Shown here: piece after piece, positions 48,109 to 59,683 of the stretch | How positions within the stretch are numbered: the first letter of the stretch is position 1 | Layout of the letters: the number at the start of each line of letters is the position of its first letter | DNA from: Emiliania huxleyi CCMP1516 | Taxonomy: Eukaryota | Direction of reading: 5' to 3' | Length of the DNA: 64,000 nucleotides | Assembly (NCBI RefSeq): GCF_000372725.1 | Contig: NW_005201403.1 | Location: 62,001-126,000 of the forward strand | The notes under the pieces: generated by a model | Told to the model about the DNA's origin: nothing | The model's input: only the letters and a program-made list of their open reading frames with translations | Databases searched by the model: none | Translations under genes and position numbers: made by a program

Positions 48109-48358
48109 GCTAGTAAAAGAAAGAAAGAAAGAAAACACACAAGCCAAGGGAGATGGGAGGACGGCACGCCGCCTAGTAAATAAATAAATAAAACGGGCAC
48201 GCCAAACGAGGGGTGGGAGAAGGACAGGGTCCCCACCTGCACGAGCAAGATCTTGTAAGGCGCCTAGTGTCGTGCGGGTGCACAAATTCTTTTCTCAGTG
48301 CACAAGGTAGGTGGAGCTGTGTTCCGCGGCCCAACCCAGAGGCTGCCTCGCGCGCGCG

Positions 48359-51300
48359 ATGGGGCTGCCGTTCAACCCGCTCGCCCCCGTCGACCGCATC
48401 GCGGGCGTCGAGATATCTCGGGCGCAGTGCGCCGAGATGATGCAGACCGACTGCTCGATGCAGGGAGCGATCGGTGTCAACGGCCACTGCTACGTGCTGA
48501 GCGAGCGGGGCCATACATGCAGCGACGCGTGTGAGGGAGCGGCGCGCGTCGACGTGGAGGCGACGCGCAAGTTCTCCACAGACAGCGCGGTGGTCACTTG
48601 CCTCGAGATGGCGCTCGGGCTCGAGTCGCGGCACGACATCATGGACCAAGTGGGGCAGGCATGCCCTGGGATCCACCTCCTCATCGACGGACTGCACCGG
48701 TGGCACTGCTACCCGCAGTTCACCGCCTTTGACTTCCCGGCCGGCTTCCGCGCGCCCTGCGCGTGCTGGTCCGCGCCATCGCCGCCGCCGTCGCCGCTGC
48801 CTCCGTCCCCTCCGCCGGCGCCGCCGCCGTCATCGCCGCCGCCGCCTTCCCCACCCACGCCTCCGCCCCCCTCGCCACCGCCCGCGCCGCCACCGCCCTC
48901 CCCTCCACCCACACCGCCGCCGCCCTCTCCTCCACCTGCGCCGCCGCCGCCCGAGCCGCCGCCGCCCGAGCCGCCGCCGCCTTCGCCGCCGCCGTTGCCG
49001 CCGCCGCCCTCTGCCCCTCCGCCGTCGCCGCCGCCGCCGCCGTCTCCTCCGGAGCCGTCTCCTCCGCCGCCGCACCAACCGCATCCCAAGCCTCCGTCAC
49101 CGCCGCCTCCGCCGCCGTCGCCTCCGTCGCCGCCCCCGTCGCCTCCGCACCCGCCGCCCCGTCCGCCGCCGAGCCCGCCGAGCCCGCCATCGCCGCCCCC
49201 GGGCCCGCCGCCTCGGCCGCCGCCGTCGCCGCCCCCGCCCCCGCCACCTCCTCCTGCGCCGCCGCCGCCCTCGCCGCCGCCGCCCTCGCCGCTGCCGCCC
49301 TTCCCGCCCCCTCACGCGCCGCCTCCAAACCCCAAGGCGCCTCCTGCGCCTCCCGCCGCTCCGCCGCCGTCGCCGCCGCCGCCGTCGCCGCCGCCGCCGT
49401 TGCCGCCGCCTTCGCCGCCGCCGCCTTCGCCGCCGCCGCCCTTCCCGCCTCCGCCCTCACCTCCGCCGATGCCTCCGCCGCCGCCCAGCCCGCCTCCGCC
49501 CTCGCACCCGCCGCCCCCGTCGCCGCCGCTGCCGCCCTCGCCGCCCAATTCGCCACCGCCCTCGCCGCCGCCCTGCGCGGGGCACTACGTCACCGGCCAC
49601 TGCTGGGTGCTGACGGACGAGGGCCAGTCGTGCACCGACTTCTGCGGCTTCCCCGCCGCGGTCAACGCGACGAGATGGGGCGCAGCTCCTCGCCGGGCGA
49701 GCAGTGAGTGAACTCCTCGGCTCATTCATAGGTCAACGCCGACGAGATGGGGCGCAGCTCCTCGTCGCCCGACGTCGCCTACCACCTGACCTCGGCGTAC
49801 TCGCTCAACAACGTCTCCTCGCCGCACTTCCACCGCCTCGGCAAGGAGTGCTCGGGCGAGTCGCAGTACTTGTACATGCCGCTCGCAAACGGCTGGGACT
49901 GCTACAAGCACGAGACCTTCGACCGCATCGACGGATGGCAAACCGCAGCCGACGCGCCCGCGACGTCGCGCGGGGTCTTGTCCGGGACACGTCCCGGCCG
50001 GCCGTAGGTTCCGCAGCCCCTGCACCTGCAACGAGCCGCAGCCAGAGAGGCTGCCGCAGGCGGCACTCTTCGGGGTCGGGGCCGGCCTCGCCGCGTTCCT
50101 CGTCAACTTCGCGCTGGGCGGGCTGCTGCACGGCAAGACGCGCCGCCGCTCGTCGATGATCGCTTGCGCGCTGCTCTTCGTCGCGCAGCAGCTCTTCCTC
50201 CTCCTCGTTCTCTACCACTTGCACCAGGCGCGACCGCCGCCGCCGCCGCCGCGCAAGCCACCCCCTCTCCCTCCGACGCTCCTCGCTCGTCCGACTGCGG
50301 CGCACTGATTCCCGTCCCCGCCCACGCACCCCTCACGCCGACCCGCCGCCCCGCCGCGCCGCCCCCGCGACCCCTCAGGAGGAGTTTACCATCCCCGAGG
50401 CTTTCCTCGCCAGCTGCATGCTCGCCTCCCTCGCAGCGACCGCCCTCTTCACGCTCAGCCCGGCGCCCCTCTTCATCGCCATCCCCGGAGACGTCGTCTC
50501 CACTCCCCGCGGCCTCGTCCGCATCACCTCCACCGCCCCGTCCGAGGACGGCTACTCCTCGCGCGCAGTCGCCACACCGGGCTCTCGCGCCCTCGAGTAT
50601 GAGTCGCTCCCCTCCCCCTCCACCGGCGCATGGGGCTCCCCTTCCTCCGCCGGCGCCCCCTCGCCCGCCGCGGCGCGCGGCAGCGGCCTCCACTCACCTC
50701 TCGTGCGGGTGATGCGCTCGCCCACGTGCGCGCCTGCCGGGGGAGCGGTCGCCGCTCGCTGTGGCGTCTGCTCACGCGTCTCTTGGCTGTGGGCAGGAAC
50801 GAGCCGGGCAGCGAGGAGACGATTCCCGCCGACGACCTGCACACGTACACGCCGAACGGGGAGACGGCGCTCCGAGGCAAGCTGACCGGCCTCCTCGCAG
50901 CGACGGGGCTGCTCACGCCTGTCGAGGGGCTCGTCTCGCTCGCGCCAACCTCTGCAGTCAGCTGCTGCCTCAGCGAGCACGAGGCCAAGCAGAGAGCCGA
51001 GAGAGCGACGCTGAGCGGCGCGGTTGCGCGCGGCGGCGGCAGCGGTCATGCCGTCGAGGGCGAGTCGCGGCTCTACGACCTAGGAACCTTCTAGGAACCT
51101 TCTAGGAACCTTCTCGTAGGTCATGCCGTCGAGGGCGAGTCGCGGCTCTACGCGCCGATCTGCTTTGTGCAGGCCACGTTCGGGTCGGCGCCGCCGCTCT
51201 TCTTCCTCTCGGTGCTGCTCGCCAACGAGGGCTTCCACCGGGTCGTCCACAACATCGGCCTCAACCGCGGGGAGGCGCGACTCAGACACCGCCAGGACAC

Positions 51301-52267
51301 TTCCCAGACACTTCCTTCTCGGCAGACGCCCGCCCAGCCGCGGAGAGCCGCCTCGCCCTTCCCCCCGCCCTCGCCCTTCCCCCCGCCCCCCCCCCTGACG
51401 GCCTCAGCCCGCGCTGCTGCACGGAGAGATCCTTGATGACTGAATGGTTGCAAGATTGAGGAGTTGAAGACTCCTCTGCGCCGCAGGACATCCTCGCCAA
51501 CCGACTCGACGTGCTCACCGTGAGCGTCGCCGCCGCCCTCTGCTTCTTCAACTCCATCGCCGCCTCGGTCGGGCTGCTCTTCTCCTCCGCAAGTAAGGAC
51601 CACAATGTCGTGCGGCACGAGCTCATCGCCCACCGCGGCACCCTCGTCGGCATCACCGGCTATCTGGTCTCCGACATGGCGCTCCGCGTCGCCGCCGTCG
51701 CCACGCTCGGCTCCGCGCTCGACGAGTACGCCATCGAGGCGGCGCTCGCGGTCTGGGGAGGCGCGGTCGGGGTCACGTTCGTCGCCCGCACCTTCCAGCA
51801 CGGCCCCGGAGCTTGCCAGTCTGCGGCCGAAGGAGGCGACCTCGTGTCTGGCGCCGTCGGCCTCGCATACGCCGGGCTCCGTGCGTGGCTTGACGCCATG
51901 GCGCGCACCCCTCCCACCGCTCCCCGAGCCACCAAGGCCCTCCCCGCGACGCTGCGGCCCTCGCTCACTTCAGGTGCGCGGCACGATGGCGCTGATGGCG
52001 CCCGCCATGTTCCCGTACTATCCGGCCAGCGCGCTCGTGCTGGATGCTGTGGGCAGCACCGCTGGATTCGTCGCAGTCGGCTACGCCGGTCTCTCTGACA
52101 ATTTGCCCGACCCGCACTTCGACCCGAGCTTCCAGTATAACGCGGTGCTCCTCCTCCTCGCGCTAGCGACGTGGAAGCTCCTCGCGTTCGCATTCGTCTT
52201 CCTGGACGCGGTGAGCGGGAGGTCGCTAATCAAGAAGGGGGCGGCGCAGCGAACCGAGCTCTTCTGA
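48359..52267 (+). CDS. Multi-exon membrane protein: Cys-rich module, ~280-aa poly-Pro stalk, second Cys-rich module, multi-TM C-terminus
   Basis: GHCYVLSERGHTCSDAC and GHCWVLTDEGQSCTDFC flank SPPPP repeats. Introns 49661-49731 and 51045-51119 give in-frame joins. Hydrophobic C-terminal exons end in TGA at 52265-52267. Start uncertain; could be two genes. Confidence 0.55.
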
Positions 52268-53690
52268 TCTCGGCACCTTCTGTAAAGCCCTCGCACGCCG
52301 AGCCCGCTCTGATGTGCGATGTGCGCGCGCAGAGACAGGCGCACGAATGATTGAAAGTCGTCTATCTATCTATAGTTCCCTTCGTACTGTGTTGTATGAT
52401 GAATGCCGCTGCCGTTGAGATGCATGTGCGGTGTGTGTATCTGGGAGCGAGAGCAGTGTCTACAGTACCTTCACGTGGCAGGCTGCTAAACGCGACATCA
52501 AAGCGGCCGAGCGGATGGCCGACGAGGCAAAATCGTGGTTGGGAGGCGGGCCTGATCCCGCCGTCCCAGGCGACGAGTCTGGGCAGTGCACGCAGGAGCG
52601 ATCACACACCCTTTGTAGACTACGTCGTTGAATGAATATACGAACCCAATCCCCAATAATTGGGAACGAGTAATGACACACGAGAGAGTGTGAATGGGTA
52701 ATGACACACAAGAGTGGGAGATCAATGTGATCAATCCCCGGGCAGCGACGAAAACACACGCGACTCGAGCTGAGTGCGAGTGGCGTATCGGCGAGATGCG
52801 GGCCAAGATGCAGGCTGAGCTGCGCGAGCAGCTCGACGCGCTGCAGATTTCGATGGAGGCAGAGGCGAGGCGCGCTGGTGCCGCAGAGGCGGAGAGGTCA
52901 CGGCTGCACAACAAGATGGAGGGGATTACGCACACGCGTGATTGATAGTTGCACTTGCAGAGGCGCAGCGCAAGGCAAATATAGGTGGTTGTTAAGAGAT
53001 ATACGTAGCGTTACAGTCGCACGGTCGTCAACGCTCCCACTGTGTGGGCCGCCCGCGCGGACCCCGGAGAGCGGAGAGCTGCTGCGCGTGCAGACAGCGT
53101 TGCGCGAGCATTGGAGAGGCCAGTCCCCGGCGATCTAAAACTAAACGCATTGTCGGAGCACGGAGGCCATGTGGTGTGTGTGGGGGGGCGCGCGGGCGCC
53201 GCGCGCGCTGCCAGGCGCCAGGAGAGCATTCCAGTTTACTCTATATGAATAACAAGGCCGAGCGTTTTTGATCTCTGGGTCTGTGGGGGGCCGAGCCGCC
53301 TCGGGGTGGCGGGCGGGCGGGCGTTTTGAAAAACAGAATTTTACAACAAAACTCCCTCGCACAACACTGAAAAACAGAAAACAGAAAACAAGAGGGGCCC
53401 CGGGGGCCCGGGGCCCCACTGGGAGTAGAAAATACGCCCAAGGGGGCCCAAGGAGGCGGCGCGGGGAAGCAGCATCAGGTAGGTGAGAGCAGGAAGGATG
53501 GCGCTTAGGGTCGGCTTTGAACAAGGGTTTCCAGGTTTTAGATCAGTATTGGTGTCGGCACACATCTCCACATGAGGTCAGCGGCGCGCAGTGCCTCTCT
53601 CGCAGGCTGATTTTGGCTGTTTTAGCTTGTTTTTGTTTTCAGTCTAGGGGGCCCGACCCCCTCAGAGGCGGCGGGCGGGCGCCCACAGAC

Positions 53691-54953
53691 CTGAGCCCTG
53701 GCCTCGACACCTCGACACCAAACCTCGACACCAACTCGACACCTCGACACCCCATGCCAACTCGACAAACTCGACACCCCTCGACACCCCTCGACACCCC
53801 TCGACACCCCTCGACACCATCTAGGCTGAAACCATGCTCGTCCGTGTCAAGGTGCCAAACTCGACCCTTCGACACCCCTCGACACCCCTCGACACCCCTC
53901 GACACCCCTCGACACCGCTCGACACCGCTCGACACACACCGCTCGACACCGCTCGACACCGCTCGACACCTCTGATGATCCTAACACAGCAGAGACGTAG
54001 ACCCATTGGAGTCACAGAGTTAGAAATCAGGGTTGCAGCAGCAATCAAACTTGGCTGGCAGTACTTTCATCCCTGAGTTGCAGCCTCTCAAGTTCTAGCT
54101 CAAGTTGCAGCTCAGTTGCACCCCTGTTGATGCAGCAAACATGGCAGTACTCAGGTAGCCCTAAGGTGCTGCACAGCACCTTGTACAGTGGCAATGAATC
54201 CTCACACCAGTGAGCTTGTGCCATGAGTGCAGACCTGTGGTCCATTGCGCTTTGTGCACTGGCGACGCTCGGCTGCAACGGCGACGCTGCAGCGGCGGCG
54301 ACGCTGCTGCGATGGGGTACTGTAGCCCTTAGCTGCTGGACAGCACCTTGTGCAGTGGCAATGTCCACTGACTCATGGCACCAGCCTTGTGAAAGGAGCG
54401 CTGTGGTCAGTTGCGCTTTGTGCGCCGGTGGCGCTGCAGGGGCGACGACGCTGCAGCGGCGACGCTGCTGCGGTGCTGCGCCTGCACAGCACCTTTGTGC
54501 ACAGTGGCAATGACTCCCGGCACTTGATGTCCTCAAATGTCCACAGAGAGTATACTGGTTGTGCTCAGGTTGTGCTACATCAACAGGGTGCAACTGAGAG
54601 GCTGCAACTATAAGGGATGAAACAGCTTTGCAACTGCTGCCCAAGTTTTGTTGATGGGCTGCAACTGCATCCTGCCACCTTGGACACCTCGACACCTTAG
54701 ACGCAAAACCCCTTGACAACACTCGCGACACCCGCTCGACACGCTCGACAGACGACACGCTCGACACCCTCGACACCCCTCGACACCCCTCGACACCCCT
54801 CGACACCCCTCGACACCCCTCGACACGGACAAGCGTGGTACCAGCCTCGACAGGCCTCGACAGGCCTCGACAGGCCTCGACACCTCTACCCCTCGACAGC
54901 AGCAGCTCGACACCCTCCACACCGGGCCTCGACACCTCGACACCAGGGCTCAG
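53691..54953. mobile_element. hAT-like non-autonomous DNA transposon
   Basis: TIR CTGAGCCCTGG / CCAGGGCTCAG; 8-bp TSD CCACAGAC (53683-53690, 54954-54961); subterminal (CCTCGACACC)n arrays at both ends. Confidence 0.8.
54028..54673. mobile_element. Degenerate foldback element with CpG-poor arms
   Basis: 54028-54140 (TTTCATCCCTGAGTTGCAGCCTCTCA..GTTGCACCCCTGTTGATG) is inverted at 54570-54673. Confidence 0.6.
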
Positions 54954-55215
54954 CCACAGACCCAGAGATAAAAAACGCTCGGCCCAACGCACGACTTTCT
55001 TCAGCACACTTGAAGATTCACTTGCCACAACCACTCTCAAAAAGCGAAAAACAAAATCCGTTGTACTCGTGTGCACACACCTATCACCTTCTCCGACGAT
55101 TCACTCTGTATTAAGCACAGGCGAACAATCCTCTCCCCTCGCCGTCTAACAGCGACGGGGCTCTCGCACGCGCTGAAAGAGAGCATGTGGAATGCAGTCA
55201 TGCCATCACCGAAGC

Positions 55216-57159
55216 TTAGATGCGCTCAATCGGCTCGATTGGATCAAATCTGCTGTTTGCTCTCGTGCCACCAGGAGAGCCAGAGCCGGCATCGTTCGCG
55301 CGCCGTGCACGCAGAAGCGCAGGACTAAGGGTCACTTCATCTGGTTTGAGCTCCGCAGACGATGGCTCAAAGTCTGTCGCAGACGAGGGCTCGAGCTCGG
55401 CGGAAGATTTCGCTTCCCCAGACGCGCCGGCGGCTTTTGCCCACAGCTCCGATCGATGCTCACTCGTGGCATAGCCCCAGACCACTCGTGGATTCGAGTG
55501 CGAGAAGCGCCAGCGGAGGTACGCAGCCTCGTTACCAGCATAGTAGATGCGAACGTAGATCGCCAACAGCAAGGGAGGTAGCAGCAACAGCAACAAGAGC
55601 AGTAACAGCAAAAGGGTTGACTCGTCGTCATCGCTGTCATCTGATGCCGCTGCATCTTGCTGCCCAGGCGATGCGCTTGGGGGAGGGGAAGGAGATGACA
55701 CGACCGTCGAGGAGGGGGCGGGCGGTTGGCTTGCGGCCGGGGTGCGAGGTGGCGGCGGCGCTGTTGCATGGGGCGGCTCCGCCGTTGTCGGTCCCGGTGA
55801 TGCGGCCGGGATTGGGACGGGCGGCGGCGCTGTTGCGGGAGGCGGCTCCAATGTTGTAGCATCGGGCGACGGTGGCGAAATCACAGATGGAAGTTGAGGT
55901 GGAGCTGGCGATGACAAGGGGGGAGGCATGTGCAGCGATGGCGAGACGGCAGGCTGCGACGGTGGCGAAACCACAGACGGAACTTGAGGTGGAGCTGGCG
56001 ATGGCAAGGGGGGAGGCGCCAGCGGAGGCTGGGGAGGCGCCGGAAGCGGCGAAGAGAACGGTGCACGCGGCGGTGGCGGTGCAACCGGTGCCGGTGGTGC
56101 CGGTGGCGAAGGTGGCGGAAGCTCTTCACGCACGAAGAGGATGTAGCCCTGCCTGGCGTTCACGGAATCGTCAGCGCATGATTGGATGTCGATGGCGTCA
56201 AAGCCACGGCATTCCCAGCCGTCGCTTGACCAATCGAATCCCGCGCAGTTTTGCAAGGCATCGCACGTCGCCTTGCAGGACTCAAGCGTGCGGACGCCCC
56301 CAGAATCGGAGCGGGAGCTCTGACTTTCGATGAACACGGTGCTGAGGGTGCAGGGCGCGCTTCCCCCGCGCACATCTTGAAGCGAGCTGTAAGCCAGTCC
56401 CACGTCTCCGGCCGGTGCAATCAACACTTTGTATGTGATGGTAGTTGGATCCACCGTCAGCGTTACTGCTCCATACTCCGTGTTCCAGAGGTCTGTTGCT
56501 TGGACAATGCTCTCCCTTATTGAGAAGGCGTGCGTGATGTTGAACGCCAACGTGGAGATGCGATGAGCTGGGCCAAACACCATCACATCCACCATTTCGG
56601 GTGCTACTCCTGCAGCAGCTGCGACTGCGTGCTCGAGCGCAACGAGATAAGTCTCTGCAGGCGTGTCTGGGTCCGCGGGGTCGACATAGAACTGCGTGCA
56701 CGTGGCGTTCAGCTCGGCCTCGGTGCCAGTGAGGCCGTTGATTGCGCTCCAGCACCAGCTCTCGTCGAGCGAGCCCGTCAGGCGCGTGCGGTGCTGCGTG
56801 TACTCGAGGCCGGGGCTGGTGGAGCCGTTGCAGCCCGTGGTGATGGAGTCGCGGTCGTTGGTGCAGACATAGATGCCGTTCTCGTTCTCGCCGTAGACAC
56901 ACTTGGCGCAGCCTTGCGAGCAGTCGAATGCGTACTCGGCCGGCTCGGGTGGCTCCCAGAGCGGGTCCACGTAAGCCCCCTCGCAGTGCTCCTGGTCGGC
57001 CGGCACGGGGACCGAGGATTCAGCACTCACCCTGCCGCCGCACCACTCGCCGTCGACCTGGCCCGACAGATGAACGCGACCGAGACGGAAGGCGGTCGCC
57101 GGGCACTCGGAGATCAGCTGCAGCGAGACGTCTGAGACGTTCGCACCGGCGAGCGCCAT
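55216..57159 (-). CDS. Type I membrane protein: Cys-rich region, PAN/apple-like domain, Pro-rich stalk, TM helix, cytosolic tail
   Basis: 647-aa ORF; TLESCKATCDALQNCAGFDW...C; poly-Leu TM LLLLLLLLLLLPPLLLAIYV. True start may lie upstream. Confidence 0.65.
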   Translation of the reverse strand: MALAGANVSDVSLQLISECPATAFRLGRVHLSGQVDGEWCGGRVSAESSVPVPADQEHCEGAYVDPLWEPPEPAEYAFDCSQGCAKCVYGENENGIYVCTNDRDSITTGCNGSTSPGLEYTQHRTRLTGSLDESWCWSAINGLTGTEAELNATCTQFYVDPADPDTPAETYLVALEHAVAAAAGVAPEMVDVMVFGPAHRISTLAFNITHAFSIRESIVQATDLWNTEYGAVTLTVDPTTITYKVLIAPAGDVGLAYSSLQDVRGGSAPCTLSTVFIESQSSRSDSGGVRTLESCKATCDALQNCAGFDWSSDGWECRGFDAIDIQSCADDSVNARQGYILFVREELPPPSPPAPPAPVAPPPPRAPFSSPLPAPPQPPLAPPPLPSPAPPQVPSVVSPPSQPAVSPSLHMPPPLSSPAPPQLPSVISPPSPDATTLEPPPATAPPPVPIPAASPGPTTAEPPHATAPPPPRTPAASQPPAPSSTVVSSPSPPPSASPGQQDAAASDDSDDDESTLLLLLLLLLLLLPPLLLAIYVRIYYAGNEAAYLRWRFSHSNPRVVWGYATSEHRSELWAKAAGASGEAKSSAELEPSSATDFEPSSAELKPDEVTLSPALLRARRANDAGSGSPGGTRANSRFDPIEPIERI

Positions 57160-57416
57160 GATGCCTGTAGTTCAAGACCGGCGGCCGAGGACCGAGGAAA
57201 AGGCCCGCCGCCCTCAACTTGAAACGCAGCCGTTGGATGAACAACCTTGGAATCGTTAGGGCACCGGGCACCCACGAGGAGGAGTCTCGTTGACGTTATT
57301 TACGCCATCTCTCACAGTAGCGCCCGATAATTCGCTCGTGGTGCACTCACTCCCTCTCTCTCTCCCTGCCTGCCTGCATGCAGACTCCATCCAGTCCACC
57401 AGCTTGCTTGCTTGCG

Positions 57417-57418
<2 letters not shown>

Positions 57419-57487
<69 letters not shown>
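57419..57487. repeat. (CT)n microsatellite
   Basis: Direct reading. Confidence 0.95.
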
Positions 57488-57490
<3 letters not shown>

Positions 57491-58658
57491 CCCCCCCCCC
57501 CCTGTGTGTGTGTATGGCTATGGGTGTTGCTCTTCTTCGGGGCGTGTTGTTTGTGGCTGGGGTATACGCTCGCTCGCTATCGCTCTGTTGTTTTGTTTCT
57601 ATCGCTGTGACGCTGTCTGAGTCTGTCGCCCCCCAACGGCCCGCCTTCGGGCAAACGGGGATGTTCGTGCCACATACAAGAGTCTGTGAAGTAAAGAGAT
57701 GTAGGACCTTCCTTACTTGGTCCGCCTCTCACACCCTCACTGTCTGTCTGCGATGTGCGCCTCTTGTTGAGCACTTGAGCACTGGATAGGGTTGATTCCA
57801 TCTGGTACGGGACCCCTCGATCGTCTCTCCCTCACTACGGCACGCCGCCACCACACACAGTCCACACGTTTTCGGTCGCGCACACACGAGACAGGGATTT
57901 CATTTAAGGAGAGGAGTGTGGTGCTAGCCGTCGCCCGCCCTTGGGCGTCTGCCTCTTCCTATCTCTCTTCGCAGTTTCTCGCCAATTCTCGCAGCAACCT
58001 TCATGCCACCTCGCGGACTATCGTGTGCGTGGTGTGTGGGCGCACTTGGAGCACTGGAGTGCAGTCATCAACCTCACATCCAGGGCCGGGGAGCTGAGGA
58101 GCGCACCCAGCGGGCCGGATGATCGGGATCGGGTTACGGGCTAGAGAGCCCTAGCCCCGGGGGTGCGCGTTCGCAGGGAAAGGGCCGTAAAGTAAACACG
58201 GGTCTCCGAGGGTTAGTCCGCGCTCCAGGTTTCCCCTAGCAGCAGAACGCCCCCTCTACTCGGAGCTAGTAAACACCAGACACGCACACGACGTACATCC
58301 TCACTGGCGCCGGTTGACTTGTTTTTGTGCGTGAAATCCAAACAAAAGCGTCGTTGCTGTTTCTCGACTGTCTGTGCGTGCGCGTCTTGGGTCCGGGGTT
58401 GTGTTTTTGTGTCAATGTTTTTTGTGTCAATGTCCCATCCCCCTGCGCGCGGGCCTTCTAGGCCCGCGGGTAGTCTCCCCCCATCCCCACGGCCTCCAGG
58501 GCTCGCACCTCAACCTATCACAGGCCAGCGCACAGCGCCATAGGACGTAGTTTCTTCTCATAACAAGGCCTGTGAACACAGCGCCATCAGGTATTTTCTT
58601 CTCAATAACAAGGCTGTGAAAAGCGCCGGGCGTTACAATCTTGCGTGGATTGACAGAC

Positions 58659-59279
58659 ATGCGCCAACCATGGACAACTCAGCGGTCAGCAGTCGGCGGG
58701 CCCTTTGCGGTGCATCCATTCGGCAACAAGGGCGCCGATTTGATTGAGGCTATCCGGCTCGAGCGCGTCGAAGGTCGCATTTTGCTCCCTCGTGATGGGA
58801 GGCTCGAGGCATCGGCAAAGGTGCGGGAGTCCAGATGCAGGGCACACCCACAAGTGAAGATCCACACCTCACCTGAGTCAGTTCAAATGCTCCTCCGCGA
58901 CTCCGATCGTATTCAGTGCAGGCCCGTCGACAGGCCCGTGAGTGCTCCGCAATGCCGGCGACAAAACCTGGTGCCGACAGGCCGCCGTGCCTCTGCCTCA
59001 GACGCATTGGAAAGGCTCAGAAAGGAGCAGAGTCTCGCGAATGACAGGGCCGTGAGGCGGCTTCGACAGCAGCAGCAGCTTCGCGCGGCGATTGAGGATC
59101 GCGCTTTCCAGGACGCCGTCAAGTCCATCAGGAGCGAGCAGGAGCACTTTGTGCCGGCGGTCACGCTGTTCTTGCGACTCCGTGCCGAGGACCAGGAGAA
59201 CAAGAAAGTCACGTTGCATCAGAAGTGGGAAGCTCAAAGGCTAAGCACTCAGAGTCGACTCGCAGAAGCTATCTTTTGA
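58659..59279 (+). CDS. Hypothetical helical protein, first exon(s); weak resemblance to FAM228
   Basis: Coding-like ORF (AFQDAVKSIRSEQEHFV...ENKKVTLHQKWE); further exons to about 59690 are likely but not resolved. Confidence 0.35.
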   Translation: MRQPWTTQRSAVGGPFAVHPFGNKGADLIEAIRLERVEGRILLPRDGRLEASAKVRESRCRAHPQVKIHTSPESVQMLLRDSDRIQCRPVDRPVSAPQCRRQNLVPTGRRASASDALERLRKEQSLANDRAVRRLRQQQQLRAAIEDRAFQDAVKSIRSEQEHFVPAVTLFLRLRAEDQENKKVTLHQKWEAQRLSTQSRLAEAIF

Positions 59280-59683
59280 CAAGCTTCGCAAGTAACGCGA
59301 GCGGCGAGGTCACGCGGCTAGACGCAGATCTTGAGGAGGGCGCTGTGCCGAGCACCCCGACCCGCGGCAGCCCGTCTCGCCCGGCAGCCGTCGTTACCGC
59401 CTGGCCTCGTGTGTGAGCTGTGACGCTGTGACGGACACGTGCGACGTGGGGCACTGGGCGGGGCACGTGCTGGAGGCGAACCACTGGAGGGCGCTTTTGA
59501 GTCCACCGCGCGGGCTGCGCACGAGGCACGCGAGACACACAGGCTGCTGGCTGGGGGTTAACTGTAGTGAGAGTCGGGCTGGTGGTTCGACAGTGTTTTG
59601 TCTGTACGTACTGTTCCACCGCGACCCATAGAACACAAAAAGTCATGGACGACCCTACTCTTCTCGCCGAGGGACGGGTGCTT

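Larger units (their letters stand above)
53256..54984. mobile_element. PIF/Harbinger-like MITE (outer element of nest)
   Basis: TIR GGCCGAGCGTTTTT[G/T]ATCTCTGGGTCTGTGG; 3-bp TSD CAA at 53253-53255 and 54985-54987. Confidence 0.7.

Noticed and set aside
52694..52945. 83-aa coiled-coil-like ORF
   Set aside because: Short and isolated, with no diagnostic motif; may be a gene fragment but cannot be supported.
53622..55114. ORFs with RGVEGC / STPLDTP repeats
   Set aside because: They are translations of the (CCTCGACACC)n subterminal arrays of a transposon.
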